DNA of 45,085 nt from Myxococcota bacterium (GCA_039208735.1 JBCCQY010000060.1:1-45085); one strand, 5' to 3'; shown: positions 17,838-28,345, counted from the first letter of the stretch. Notes: generated by a model not told the origin, from the letters alone. Numbers and translations: made by a program.

Positions 17838-19466
17838 GTGGCCCAGGATCGCTGGGACGTCGTGATCAATGTCTTGAACGGACCCATGGCCTCGCTTGGC
17901 GAACAGGTGCTGCGGGGACCGGTCGTCCGTATCGGTGCCCAACCGGGCCCCGGTGGCTTCGAGCTTCGCGGCTATCGCGGTCTCGACAAGCGACAGTGCG
18001 TGATCACGGCCTACGAAAAGGGGGGCGCTTCGATCGCCCCCGTCGGTCGAAACCAAGTGCGCATCGCCCCACATGCGAACGTCGATTGGTCCGACATCGA
18101 CCCGCTCTACAATCCGGCGAACCTGTCGCCAGGGTGCGCGGTACATCTAGGCCCCGTTGGCCGAGGCGCCACCTTGCAGTTCGTCAATGCGCGACGCCTT
18201 GGCGAATGGCAAAGCGGGGATTTGGTCTCTGACGTGGATGCACCCGAGGCCGGTGCCGCCCCCGTCCCTCGCCCGGCTCATCAGGTCCGACGCATCCGCC
18301 CGAGCGGGGTGCCCGCGTGGTTCTTTGGCTGCGCGTTCCTTCTGGCGACGGGGTTGTCCATCTCGGTACTCGCCGTGGCCGTGTTCATCGTTGCTTCGCA
18401 GGTGCTTCGGCCGGGACTCGGTGAGAAGTACGAGGGCGAAGCGCGATGGGATTCGGTCTCGCTCGAAGAGAATACCAATCTCAAACTTGAGGGATTGCAG
18501 GGCCCATTCCTCGATTTTGTGATGCGGCACAATCTGGCCGCGGTCGACGGTCCACGCAAGGTCGCGTTGTCCGAGCCGAAGGTCTGGGATGAGCGGCTCG
18601 AGCGCTACATCACCGCTTCGGTCGAGCGTCATGCCCGGTCCCTGCGTTTCTTCGACCGACTGGAGGAGGTCCGTCGGGAATACGGGCAGGTGATCCTAGA
18701 GATGCGCCGCAATGGCCTGCCCGAGGTGTTCGCCGCGATTCCTTACCAGGAGAGCAAGTACGAAAGCGACGCCCAGTCCTACGTTTGTGCCCGAGGATAC
18801 TGGCAATTCATGCCCGAGGTGGCGCACCGCCTTTCGAAGCAGGGGCTTGATTTTCAAGTCGCGGACTGCCGCCTCGATGGCTCATCCACACTGTGGACCC
18901 CGACCCAGGACGCTCCTCCCCCCAATGCCGTCGTCAACGCCGTCTACGTGCGCAACAAGCAGTGCCGCATCCAGTCGTGTCGGGTCGACGACCGGTCGGA
19001 TCTCGTGAAGTCGACGGCCGCGGCCGTTCGCTCCTTGCGGGAGGCCTACGATGATCCCACGCTCCGGCAGTCCGGCGCCATCGTTCAGCTCACCATCGCG
19101 AGCCACAACGGCGGCTACAACGACGGTCGGTTTGGTCGGGAGTACGCCAAATCTTCGAACTTGCTGCCCGCTTATCGGCGATGGGCCAAGGCGAATCCGG
19201 GGCATGAGCACCGCTTCATCGGCCAGAACATCCGATGCAAGTCGCACAACACGCCAAGTAGGTGTGAAGCTGAGATCTACGCGCAGACGCAGCATTACAC
19301 CTACACGATCATCGCCCAGCACATCGTGGCGGCGTGCTACTACGGCAAGAACTATGGTTCTGACCCTGCATTCCAGAACTATCGCAGCTATTTGTCCAGC
19401 GATGGCTACTGCAGTGCACTCGAGGTGCCCACCGCGAGCGAGGTTCGCGCACGGGGGTCGAAGTGA
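17838..19466 (+). CDS. Membrane-anchored lytic transglycosylase (SLT/MltD-like) with N-terminal degenerate FHA-like domain
   Basis: SLT motifs AIPYQESKY (catalytic Glu), ARGYWQFMP and IASHNGG. One TM (WFFGCAFLLATGLSISVLAVAVFIV). FHA-like N-terminal pattern. Start GTG 17838 chosen; the ORF is open from 17772. Confidence 0.8.
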   Translation: MAQDRWDVVINVLNGPMASLGEQVLRGPVVRIGAQPGPGGFELRGYRGLDKRQCVITAYEKGGASIAPVGRNQVRIAPHANVDWSDIDPLYNPANLSPGCAVHLGPVGRGATLQFVNARRLGEWQSGDLVSDVDAPEAGAAPVPRPAHQVRRIRPSGVPAWFFGCAFLLATGLSISVLAVAVFIVASQVLRPGLGEKYEGEARWDSVSLEENTNLKLEGLQGPFLDFVMRHNLAAVDGPRKVALSEPKVWDERLERYITASVERHARSLRFFDRLEEVRREYGQVILEMRRNGLPEVFAAIPYQESKYESDAQSYVCARGYWQFMPEVAHRLSKQGLDFQVADCRLDGSSTLWTPTQDAPPPNAVVNAVYVRNKQCRIQSCRVDDRSDLVKSTAAAVRSLREAYDDPTLRQSGAIVQLTIASHNGGYNDGRFGREYAKSSNLLPAYRRWAKANPGHEHRFIGQNIRCKSHNTPSRCEAEIYAQTQHYTYTIIAQHIVAACYYGKNYGSDPAFQNYRSYLSSDGYCSALEVPTASEVRARGSK

Positions 19467-20155
19467 ACTTTCGACCGTGGGCGGTCATGGGTGCGCTCAT
19501 CGTGGCCTTCGTGACCAATGTAGCCCTCCTGGCTTCCGAGGACTTGCCGGCGGAACGCCGCGATACGACGATCGATCAGGTGAGCCCGGTCGCTCAGCTC
19601 ATCTACGTGCCCGCCAATCGAACGCGCAACTTGCAGGTCATGGGCCTCGACCCCGAGCTGGTCAAGGAAGCCAACCGGCAGATGTCGTCGATGGATGGCG
19701 ATCTCGAGCGGCTTCGCCTGCTGCTCGAACAGAACACGGCCGCGGGAGCGACTGCCTTCTGCAGCCAAGATCTGCCGCCGCCTTACTCTGCGATCGGCGT
19801 CTTGGTGACCCAGGACAACGATCGCCGCTCGGCGACGGGGCCGCAGCGACTCGCTCGTCTGGAGGAGGCACCGTTCTTCGACCGCTCGCTCACCCTGTCG
19901 CTCTACGAGAGGCTCGAACTTGCGGATCGCCGCAAGGGGCAGGCCACGGTCATGGCCGTCGGGGCGGTGCTGACCGGACGAGAGGCCGACGCATTGGAAG
20001 GGAACGCACCGTTCTCGCTTGGTTTGGGGGGATGGGGGCTCGCCAAACTCGAGGCGAGCGACCCCGCCGTTCGCCCCAAGCTCGCCACCTACTTTGCCAT
20101 GATGCACGTGTTGACCGAACTCGCCACCGACCCTTCCGACGGAATCTGCCGATGA
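19463..20155 (+). CDS. Hypothetical exported or membrane-anchored protein
   Basis: GTG overlaps the upstream TGA. N-terminal hydrophobic segment. 230 aa. Confidence 0.7.
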   Translation: MNFRPWAVMGALIVAFVTNVALLASEDLPAERRDTTIDQVSPVAQLIYVPANRTRNLQVMGLDPELVKEANRQMSSMDGDLERLRLLLEQNTAAGATAFCSQDLPPPYSAIGVLVTQDNDRRSATGPQRLARLEEAPFFDRSLTLSLYERLELADRRKGQATVMAVGAVLTGREADALEGNAPFSLGLGGWGLAKLEASDPAVRPKLATYFAMMHVLTELATDPSDGICR

Positions 20156-20225
20156 GCGGGACGGTGACCGGTGCGATAGGACCCGAACGTCTCCTCGCCG
20201 TCCGGGCAAGACGAGGTCAGCGACA

Positions 20226-21815
20226 GTGAGCCGCCGTCAATTCAAGATCCTGAAGGAGATCGCGGAAGGTGGATTCGGCAAGGTCTACCTGGCCGAATTG
20301 ATTTCCGCCGACCAGCAGTTCTCGCGCATCGTTGCGTTCAAACTGCTCCACGAAAAGTGGTCCACCCACGACGAAGTGCTGTCGCGCACCCGTGACGAGG
20401 CTCGGCTGCTCGGCCTCCTGCGCAACGACCACATCGTGAAGGTCGAGGATCTCACCTCGATCAACGGCCAGTGCGCCATCGTCATGGAGTACCTCGAAGG
20501 CGTCGACCTCAAATGGCTCATCCAGTTCCTCGCGCAAAAGGAGCAACAGTGCCCCTATGAGGCCCTGTTCGAGATCATCCAAGCCGCTGCGGATGCCTTG
20601 GGTAGCGCCTACAATGGCGTCCCGCTGCAGTCGGAAGAGCCCCTGCGGGTGATTCACCGCGACATCAAGCCGTCGAACATCTTGGTCACCACTTCAGGCG
20701 TCGTGAAAGTCCTCGACTTTGGTACGGCCCGCGCCAACTTTGCCAAGCGGGAAGCGGTCACCGAAGAACTGGCGTTCGGCAGCCAAGGCTACATGTCGCC
20801 CGAGCGCATGTTGGGCGAAGACGACACTCCGGCGGCCGACATTTTCAGTCTCGGCATCACGATGTATGAGCTGCTCGCGCTCGACAATTTCGGGAAAATC
20901 CCGCCGCGTCCCGCCAAGTTCAACACTCGGGTCGACGAAAAGATCGCCGGGCTCAAGCTCACCGGCCCTCGGCAATTTCAATCCGACGTTCGGCACATCC
21001 TGAAGTCGATGCTGTCGTACTACCCGGTGGACCGGCCTACGGCCGAGCAGGTCATCGAGGTGATGGAACACCTCGTTTCGGAGGCCGATGACGAGCCGCT
21101 GAAGCGATTTGCCCGGACCGTGGTGGGCGAAGCGCGACAAGCCATGCCCGAAGTGCAATCTCGGGATCCATTGACGGGCAGCATCGTCCAGGAAGACATC
21201 TCCGAGAGCCGGCCGATGGCCAGTTCGGGATCGCTTGCCGATACGGAGCCCGACCGAGAGCCACTTCCCGTTACGGTTGAGCGCCCCTTCACGGGTCGAG
21301 TCCCCCCGCCCCCGAGTTTGCCCGGAGGCACCCTTTCGCCGCCGAGCGGGGTGGCGTCGCAACCCTTCACGCGGTCGACGAGCAGCACCTCACCGCCCAT
21401 CACCACGGAGTCGAGCCGGCTGTTTCTGGCGTTGTCGGTCTTCGGGGGGCTTGGCGTGGGCATCGTCCTGCTCACGGTCATTGGCGTCGCGGTGTACGTC
21501 ATCGTCACGGTGGGACAACCCGCATCGTCGGCGTTGAACGTAGATAAGCCAGGCAACACCAAGACCGTCGTGAAAACCACCCTCCAGGTCACTCCGCCCG
21601 AGGCGATCGAAGCCAAATTGCAGGGTGATGCTGGGTTCAAAGGCACCTATCAGGGGCCCGATTCCGTTACGGCAGATCTTCCGGCGGGGACCTACCAGAC
21701 CGTGGTGAAGCGCGGCGGTGACCGCATTCGGGGCCGAACCTTCGAACTGACGGGAACCGAGTGCACGGTGACCCTCGACCTTTCGGCCGAACGTTGGGAG
21801 GCGCAGTGCAACTGA
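20226..21815 (+). CDS. Membrane-associated Hanks-type Ser/Thr protein kinase
   Basis: IAEGGFGKV, VAFK, HRDIKPSN, DFG, GSQGYMSPE, DIFSLG. Pro/Ser linker, TM helix and small extracytoplasmic beta domain. Confidence 0.93.
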   Translation: MSRRQFKILKEIAEGGFGKVYLAELISADQQFSRIVAFKLLHEKWSTHDEVLSRTRDEARLLGLLRNDHIVKVEDLTSINGQCAIVMEYLEGVDLKWLIQFLAQKEQQCPYEALFEIIQAAADALGSAYNGVPLQSEEPLRVIHRDIKPSNILVTTSGVVKVLDFGTARANFAKREAVTEELAFGSQGYMSPERMLGEDDTPAADIFSLGITMYELLALDNFGKIPPRPAKFNTRVDEKIAGLKLTGPRQFQSDVRHILKSMLSYYPVDRPTAEQVIEVMEHLVSEADDEPLKRFARTVVGEARQAMPEVQSRDPLTGSIVQEDISESRPMASSGSLADTEPDREPLPVTVERPFTGRVPPPPSLPGGTLSPPSGVASQPFTRSTSSTSPPITTESSRLFLALSVFGGLGVGIVLLTVIGVAVYVIVTVGQPASSALNVDKPGNTKTVVKTTLQVTPPEAIEAKLQGDAGFKGTYQGPDSVTADLPAGTYQTVVKRGGDRIRGRTFELTGTECTVTLDLSAERWEAQCN

Positions 21816-22624
21816 AGCCTGCGAACGACGACGGCACGGTGATGACCCTCGAGCTGGACCACGGGCGTGCCAACGAAATGGGCTCGACCCAGCTGAAGGC
21901 CATCGAGGCGTTCACGGCCACGCTCGAGTCTGGCACGGTGCGCGCGCTCGTCACGTTCTCGCGCCGGGTTTCTCGCAAGGGCACGCCCATCTTTGTTGCG
22001 GGGGCCGATGTCACCGAGCGCGTGGACTGGGACGATGACCACGTCAAGGAACACGTGCGATGGCAGCGTGCGGTGCTGGCGCGCTGGCGGCGGGCGCCCG
22101 TCTTCCACGTCGCAGTGGTGCACGGCGTGGCGTTGGGGTGGGGCACAGAGCTGCTGCTGACGACCGACTACGCAGTGGCCACACCGGGCGCGCGGTTCGG
22201 CTTGCCGGAGACCGGGCTTGGTATTGTGCCTGGAGCGGGTGGAACGGCGGAATTGTGGTCGCGAATCGGGGTGGCGCAGGCCTTACGCCTCGGCATGACC
22301 GGCGAGCCCATCGGAGCCGACGAAGCGTTGCGCATCGGCTTGGTGCAGGAGTGCTGCGACGACCTGGATGCGGGGCTCACCCGCGCCCATGCGTTGGCGT
22401 CGGCGGTCGCACGACGGAGCCCGACGGCGGTTGCGGCGTTCAAGCGAGGGGTCCTGGACAGCATTGGCGTGACCGAATCGAAGCGGACCGCTATCGAGGA
22501 TATCGCGTACTCGCGGTGCGTGGACACGGGGGACGCGGCCGTCGGTCGAGCCAACTTCAAGGCCGTTGTGGAGGGCCAGCCGGCTCCCTGGGGTCCGCTG
22601 GTCACCGAGGACGACCCCCACTGA
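21806..22624 (+). CDS. Enoyl-CoA hydratase/isomerase family protein
   Basis: FVAGADV, HGVALGWGTEL, FGLPETGLGIVPGAGGT, GADEALRIGLV. Start uncertain. Confidence 0.9.
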   Translation: MQLKPANDDGTVMTLELDHGRANEMGSTQLKAIEAFTATLESGTVRALVTFSRRVSRKGTPIFVAGADVTERVDWDDDHVKEHVRWQRAVLARWRRAPVFHVAVVHGVALGWGTELLLTTDYAVATPGARFGLPETGLGIVPGAGGTAELWSRIGVAQALRLGMTGEPIGADEALRIGLVQECCDDLDAGLTRAHALASAVARRSPTAVAAFKRGVLDSIGVTESKRTAIEDIAYSRCVDTGDAAVGRANFKAVVEGQPAPWGPLVTEDDPH

Positions 22625-22634
22625 GGCGAACGTC

Positions 22635-24326
22635 ATGTTCACGCGTCAACGGATGTGGGCGCAGCTGCCCGAACAGGTCGATCTGCTGGTCATCGGGGGC
22701 GGTGTCACGGGGGCGGGAATCGCCCGTGATGCGGCCCGCCGCGGGCTTTCGGTGGCCTTGGTTGAGATGCGCGACCTTGCCCACGGCACGTCGTCTCGGT
22801 CGAGCAAGCTCGTGCACGGGGGCTTGCGATACCTCGAGCAGTACGAGTTCAGCTTGGTGTTCGAGGCGGTCTCGGAGCGTCGCATCCTCATGGACATTGC
22901 GCCGCACTTGGTTCGTCCGTTGGGCTTCTTGTTCCCGGTGTACGGAGGTCGAGGCCGGCCGCTGTGGATGGTCAACGCAGGGATGTGGCTGTACGACGGG
23001 CTGTCGCTGTTCCGCAGCCCCAAGCTCCACCGCAACCTTCGTCCCGATCAGGTGGCCGAGGAAGAGCCTGCGCTGACCCGCGAGGGCCTTCAGGGCGCGC
23101 CCCTGTACTACGACGGCCAGACCGACGACGCGCGACTCACCCTGGAGACCGCGCTAGACGCCGCCGCCGCCGGGGCCACCATCGCAACGTGGGCCAAGGT
23201 GACGAAGCTCACCTCCGACGAGCAAGGTCGCGTCGACGGGGCTGAAATCACGGACATGATCGACGGCGAGACGCGCATCGTTCGGGCCCATGCGGTCGTC
23301 AACGCCACAGGGCCGTGGACGGACCGGACACGCGGTCTTTCGACGGCCGACGCGGGCGCTCCCTTGCTGAGGCCTACGAAGGGCGTCCACATCGTGGTGG
23401 ACCATGACCGTCTGCCCGTCCAGCACGCCATCGTCGCCCAGCACCCCGAAGACGAACGCGTCCTGTTCTTCATTCCGTGGGGTGAGCAGACCTACATCGG
23501 CACCACCGACACGGACTACGACGGTGACCCGATGGAGGTGCAGACCGATTCTGAAGACGTCGACTACCTCATCGATGCCGCCGCTTCCTACTTCCCCGAC
23601 CATCCGCTGACCCGAGACGACGTGTTGTCGACGTGGGCCGGTCTGCGACCGCTCATGGCCCCCATTGATCAGGACCGTGAGGTGGACGAATCTTCGGTGA
23701 GCCGGGAGCATCAGATCGTCGTGGGGACCGATGGGCTCGTCACCATTGCAGGCGGCAAGCTCACCACGTACCGCCGCATGGCGAGCGAGGTGGTCGATAC
23801 GGCGGTGAACTTGCTGAGGCTTGCCAATCGCTTGCCCAGCCCGCTTGCGGCCTCTCATACCGACCAGCAACCGCTTCCTGGCGCAGTCGGGTGGCCCGAA
23901 GACGACGATGTGACCCACGTGGCGAGCCTGGTGCGCGATGCGTCAGGGCAGCGATTGGCCTCCGAAACGGCCCAGCATCTCGCGCAGACCTACGGCATGC
24001 GCGGCATCGAACTTGGGCGGCTGATCGCGGAGGACCCCGATCGGGCCGCCCCGCTGCTGACCGGACGGGTGGAGGTGCTTGCCCAAGTGGATTGGGCGGT
24101 CCAACAGGAACTCGCCGCGCGGCTCGAAGACGTCATGGTGCGAAGGCTCGACCTCTACTACCGAGACCGCGACCAGGGATTGACCATTGCGCCGCTCGTC
24201 GCCAAGCGGATGGCGGAGCTGCTTTCCTGGGACGAACGCCGCACTGCCGAGGAACTCGGACAGTACGAGGCGTTTGTGGTAAACTCCCGAACCTGGAAAA
24301 AAGAAAGCGACGGGAGTGCGCCCTAA
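22635..24326 (+). CDS. glpD: FAD-dependent glycerol-3-phosphate dehydrogenase/oxidase
   Basis: DLLVIGGGVTG, GTSSRSSKLVHGGLRYL, VVNATGPW, AGLRPL, SREH, GGKLTTYR. Confidence 0.93.
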   Translation: MFTRQRMWAQLPEQVDLLVIGGGVTGAGIARDAARRGLSVALVEMRDLAHGTSSRSSKLVHGGLRYLEQYEFSLVFEAVSERRILMDIAPHLVRPLGFLFPVYGGRGRPLWMVNAGMWLYDGLSLFRSPKLHRNLRPDQVAEEEPALTREGLQGAPLYYDGQTDDARLTLETALDAAAAGATIATWAKVTKLTSDEQGRVDGAEITDMIDGETRIVRAHAVVNATGPWTDRTRGLSTADAGAPLLRPTKGVHIVVDHDRLPVQHAIVAQHPEDERVLFFIPWGEQTYIGTTDTDYDGDPMEVQTDSEDVDYLIDAAASYFPDHPLTRDDVLSTWAGLRPLMAPIDQDREVDESSVSREHQIVVGTDGLVTIAGGKLTTYRRMASEVVDTAVNLLRLANRLPSPLAASHTDQQPLPGAVGWPEDDDVTHVASLVRDASGQRLASETAQHLAQTYGMRGIELGRLIAEDPDRAAPLLTGRVEVLAQVDWAVQQELAARLEDVMVRRLDLYYRDRDQGLTIAPLVAKRMAELLSWDERRTAEELGQYEAFVVNSRTWKKESDGSAP

Positions 24327-24422
24327 ACCCAGCGAAATCGCGGCGTCAGCCAGTGGGCTGCATCGCCGGGACTTCCGATGGCAGGTTACGCTTCGTCGCA
24401 CCGCCTGACGCCCCGGATTCGT

Positions 24423-25361
24423 GTGTTCGTCCTTTGGCTCCTTCTAGGACTGGTGTTGTTGGTCACGGGAGCCGAGCTTCTCGTCCGTGGCGGCGGCCAA
24501 GTTGCCCTCGCCCTACGAGTCCCCGCGCTCGTTGTCGGCCTCACCATCGTCGCGTTCGGCACCTCGATGCCCGAACTGTTGGTCAGCGTGACCGCCGCGA
24601 TGCATGCATCGACCGAAATGGCCCTTGCCAACGTCAACGGATCGAACCTTGCCAACGTCACGTTGGTCCTCGGCTTGGCCGCTCTGGTGAATCCGCTCAC
24701 CGTTGAGCGGACGCTGATTTGGCGAGAGATTCCTGTCGTTCTTGGTCTATCGCTCATGGTGCCCCTACTGGGCTCCGACCGCATCATCAACCAGGGCGAC
24801 GGCATCATCTTGCTGCTCGCGGGCATCATCTACAACGTGTGGTTGCTCCTCGATGCGTTGCGGGGTCGTGCATCGAGCAACGCCGAAGAGGACATCGACG
24901 GCGACCCGGGGTTGGGAAAGAATCTGCTTCTCCTTGCCTTTGGGGTACTCGCCTTGGTGTTGGGTGCCCAGTGGTTCGTCTTCGGCGCCGTCAAGGTCGC
25001 AGAGGTGCTGCATCTGTCCGACCGGTTCATCGGCCTCACGGTGGTGGCGATGGGCACATCGGCGCCCGAAGTGGCCACGGGCATGTGGAGCGCCTACCGC
25101 GGCGAGACCGAGCTTGCCGTGGGCAACAGCCTAGGGTCGAACCTCCTCAACATCGCGATGGTGTTGGGCATCACGGCGTTGGTGGAGCCCATTCGCATCG
25201 AGGATACATCGGCGTGGGGCGACATGGCGCTGTGCGTCGTGGTCACCGCGGCCTTGGTGCCGTTTGTCCTGAAGGGCTCGATCACCCGCCTTGAAGGGGG
25301 CATTCTCACCGCAGTGTACGGGCTTTATCTGGCCTCGGGATACTTTGACGGCCATGCCTAG
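24423..25361 (+). CDS. Calcium/sodium antiporter (YrbG-like, CaCA family)
   Basis: Two alpha repeats: GLTIVAFGTSMPEL...GSN and GLTVVAMGTSAPEV...GNSLGSN. Start uncertain. Confidence 0.92.
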   Translation: MFVLWLLLGLVLLVTGAELLVRGGGQVALALRVPALVVGLTIVAFGTSMPELLVSVTAAMHASTEMALANVNGSNLANVTLVLGLAALVNPLTVERTLIWREIPVVLGLSLMVPLLGSDRIINQGDGIILLLAGIIYNVWLLLDALRGRASSNAEEDIDGDPGLGKNLLLLAFGVLALVLGAQWFVFGAVKVAEVLHLSDRFIGLTVVAMGTSAPEVATGMWSAYRGETELAVGNSLGSNLLNIAMVLGITALVEPIRIEDTSAWGDMALCVVVTAALVPFVLKGSITRLEGGILTAVYGLYLASGYFDGHA

Positions 25362-26505
25362 GTTCCCCCAGTTTGCCCCTCACGTCGCGGCGATGCCCGG
25401 CTCCGTTTATTCTGCCATCGCAGCTCGGGTCATGGCCCAGGGCGGACCGGTGTTTCCCCTACATGTGGGTGACACTTGGCTCGAGCCCCCTCCGGGCTGC
25501 CGCGTTGAGGACCTCAGGGTGGCCGACCATCCTTGGGGGTTGCACAAGTACACGTCGGTGGCGGGTTGGGGTCCGCTGGTTGACGGCATCGTCAAGCGCG
25601 TCTCGGAACGGACCGGCCTCAATACCGACCCCAGCGAGGTGTTGGTCACGGCTGGCGCGACCGGAGGCCTGGGAGCGGTGCTGGGGGCGTTGATGGCCCC
25701 AGGCGACGAGCTGATGATCGTCGCGCCCTACTGGCCGCTCATCGCGGGCATCGCGCGTGCAATCTCCGGTCAGGCTCGAGCCGTGCCGATCATGGGAACG
25801 GCGACGGACGTGGCGGACGTCACCCGGCGCCTTGAGGCCGGTCGAAGTGACCGTACCACCGCGATCTACCTGAATACGCCGAACAACCCGACGGGCCAGG
25901 TCATTCCCCGCGACTGGGTCGAGGCCATGGTCGCCTTCGCGAAGGCGCATGACCTGTGGATCATCGCCGACGAGGTCTACGAGGACTACGTCTACGACGG
26001 CGGTCACACCTACACGCGACCGCTGGCGCCCGACCGGACGTTCGCGGCCTACAGTTTTTCGAAGGCCTACGGCATGGCGGGCAACCGGGTGGGCTACGTG
26101 GTGGGCCCGGCCGATGCGATTGCCCAGGCGCGTAAGCTCGGCGTTCACACGATCTATTCGGCGCCGACCGCTAGTCAGGTTGCCGCGGCTCGGGTGCTCG
26201 AACGAGGGACGACGTGGCTTGCGGACACGGCGGGTCAGTACGCCGAGGTCGGTCGGGCAGCCGCTTCGCGCTTGGGGATTCCGGCCCCTCAAGGTTCGAC
26301 GTTCCTCTGGGTGGATGTTGCGGACCGCATCGATGAACGTGGGCTCGCTGGCGTTCTCGACGACCTGGGCGATCAGGGGGTGCTCGTGGCGCCTGGGCCG
26401 AGCTTTGGGCCCTATGAGACGCACCTGCGGGTGTGTTTCACAGCCACCGAGCCGGCTCGAACCCTGGAAGGCTTCGACCGGTTGGCCAACGTCTTGGGGC
26501 GTTAG
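25354..26505 (+). CDS. PLP-dependent aminotransferase class I/II
   Basis: YLNTPNNPTG, ADEVY, SFSKAYGMAGNRVGY (PLP lysine). Confidence 0.92.
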   Translation: MPRFPQFAPHVAAMPGSVYSAIAARVMAQGGPVFPLHVGDTWLEPPPGCRVEDLRVADHPWGLHKYTSVAGWGPLVDGIVKRVSERTGLNTDPSEVLVTAGATGGLGAVLGALMAPGDELMIVAPYWPLIAGIARAISGQARAVPIMGTATDVADVTRRLEAGRSDRTTAIYLNTPNNPTGQVIPRDWVEAMVAFAKAHDLWIIADEVYEDYVYDGGHTYTRPLAPDRTFAAYSFSKAYGMAGNRVGYVVGPADAIAQARKLGVHTIYSAPTASQVAAARVLERGTTWLADTAGQYAEVGRAAASRLGIPAPQGSTFLWVDVADRIDERGLAGVLDDLGDQGVLVAPGPSFGPYETHLRVCFTATEPARTLEGFDRLANVLGR

Positions 26506-27323
26506 CCGAGCCGACGATGATTCCGCACCGGCATGCGTCGGCGGACGTTAAAGGCCTTGTGCCGGTCGACGGCGGTCAGTGCGAACCCCTCGCCCTCAGT
26601 CACCTCGGCCTGAACGATGCCCCAAGGGTCGATAATCATCGAATGGCCGTAGCTTTCACGGGTGCCTGCCGCATCGTGCCGACCCACCTGCGCCGGCGCC
26701 ACCACCCAACACTGCGTCTCGATGGCCCGGGCGCGCAGCAGGACACGCCAATGGGCTTGGCCTGTCGGTACCGTAAACGCGCTCGGGACGGTTAGGATTT
26801 CGGCGCGGGCGTCGGCCAGTGCGCGGTACAGCTCGGCAAAGCGTAGGTCATAGCAGATGCTCATCCCAACCCGGCCAAACGACGTCATCGTGACCACCAC
26901 TTCGGTACCGTGCAGCGTGGTCGCGCTCTCTTGAAGGCGGACGTCGTCGGACAGGTCTACATCGAACAGGTGGATTTTTCGGTATACGGCGAGCGCTTCA
27001 CCATTGGGGTCGAACAACGCTGACGTGTTGTAGGTCCGGCCTGGAATCGGGCTGCGTTCATGGAACGAGCCCAACAACAGATGGATGCCCAGTTCGGCCG
27101 CGAGTCCTGCCATGCGCGTCATCGTGGGGCCGCGCAGACCTTCGGCCAAGGCGACCCGTTGGTCGGCAGGCCCCAGAAACGGCGTGGCTTCTGGGGTTGC
27201 GATGAAGCCGGCACCGGCCGCGGCGGCCTGCCGAATCCAGTGTTCGGCACGGTCCAGCGACGTGGCAACGTCATCGCGCGTGTTGAGTTGAACGACCGCG
27301 GCCACCACCGCCTCGGAGTTCAC
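26502..27323 (-). CDS. Carbon-nitrogen hydrolase family protein (Nit1-like)
   Basis: Glu-Lys-Cys triad motifs ATPE, YRKIHLFDV and ICYDLRF, plus PSAFTVPTG.AHW, RARAIE and YGHSMIIDPWG. GTG start overlaps the upstream stop. Confidence 0.92.
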   Translation of the reverse strand: MNSEAVVAAVVQLNTRDDVATSLDRAEHWIRQAAAAGAGFIATPEATPFLGPADQRVALAEGLRGPTMTRMAGLAAELGIHLLLGSFHERSPIPGRTYNTSALFDPNGEALAVYRKIHLFDVDLSDDVRLQESATTLHGTEVVVTMTSFGRVGMSICYDLRFAELYRALADARAEILTVPSAFTVPTGQAHWRVLLRARAIETQCWVVAPAQVGRHDAAGTRESYGHSMIIDPWGIVQAEVTEGEGFALTAVDRHKAFNVRRRMPVRNHRRLG

Positions 27324-28345
27324 CCGGCCTTCCGCATCGTCAGCGCCGCATCTTCGATCACGCGTTCCATCCGCAGCATCGCAATGGCCCCAAGGATGAC
27401 TCCGAACCACAACGTGGCCACGCGGATGAGGAGCGCCGCGGCGAAGGCCTCGGCGGGTCCGACGTTGGCGATGCCCACCGCTCCTTCGACAAGGGCCGCG
27501 TCGGCCATGCCCATGCCGCCTGGCGAAGGGGCGCCAAACACGGTGGCGAATGCGTAGAGGAAGGTGGCCGCATCGAGGGACACCGTCTGCTGAAGCCCGA
27601 TGAACACAAGCCAGTAGCCGATGCACTCTGCGAACCAGGCGACGAGGGAGGCGACCAAGGTGATGGCGAGCGGCACTGGCGCGATGCACACTCGGGTGGC
27701 TTCATAGGCCTCCTCGAGCCGGTGTGCGATGCCAGACAGGCCAGGGATCTTGGACAAGAGACCGAGGAGGCCTCGGGCCAGGGGACGCAACGAGAGAACG
27801 ACCAATCCCACGATGACGACGCCAATCGTGCCGTAGATGAGTTCGCGAGACTCGGGCAGAAATGTTGAGACGCCCACCGCGGTGAGCAACACCACGGCAA
27901 TGCCGTCGGTGATGCGTTCGACGGCAAGGGCGGGGAGGGTCTTTGTGACGGGTGCCCCTGCCGTCACCCACACCAGGTAGGGTTTGACGAGTTCGCCGGC
28001 CTTTGCCGGGCTGATCACCATCGCGAGGCCCGCGGTGAAGATCCAGAGGTTCGTGCGATGGGGAACGTCGATGCCCAGCCGACCGAGCAGGTACGACCAC
28101 TTGAAGTAGCGCAGACCGTAGTTCACGAGGGTCAACAGGAGAATAGGGACGTATAGCGCCCAATCGAAGGTGATGAGGGCCTCGGTGGTCCGCGCCACCA
28201 GGTCAGGGTCATCGCCCGTTGTGCCGCGCAGCATGGCGTAGGCGAAGTAGCCGAGGGTCGCGAGCGCGACGGCGATGGCGATCCAGCGGCGGAACCGCTT
28301 CATCGCATCGGGGGGCGCGGTTTCCGCGGTTTCCGCGGTCTGCAT
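27320..28345 (-). CDS. Lysylphosphatidylglycerol synthase TM-domain (flippase-like, UPF0104) membrane protein
   Basis: NYGLRYFKW, ISPAKAGELVK, ERITD, PGGMG, LIRVATLWF. Multiple TM helices. Confidence 0.85.
   Translation of the reverse strand: MQTAETAETAPPDAMKRFRRWIAIAVALATLGYFAYAMLRGTTGDDPDLVARTTEALITFDWALYVPILLLTLVNYGLRYFKWSYLLGRLGIDVPHRTNLWIFTAGLAMVISPAKAGELVKPYLVWVTAGAPVTKTLPALAVERITDGIAVVLLTAVGVSTFLPESRELIYGTIGVVIVGLVVLSLRPLARGLLGLLSKIPGLSGIAHRLEEAYEATRVCIAPVPLAITLVASLVAWFAECIGYWLVFIGLQQTVSLDAATFLYAFATVFGAPSPGGMGMADAALVEGAVGIANVGPAEAFAAALLIRVATLWFGVILGAIAMLRMERVIEDAALTMRKAG

Noticed and set aside
28317..28340. Short 9-bp tandem repeat GCGGTTTCC (encoding TAETAETA)
   Set aside because: Fewer than three units and in frame. 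No sign of phase variation or an array.
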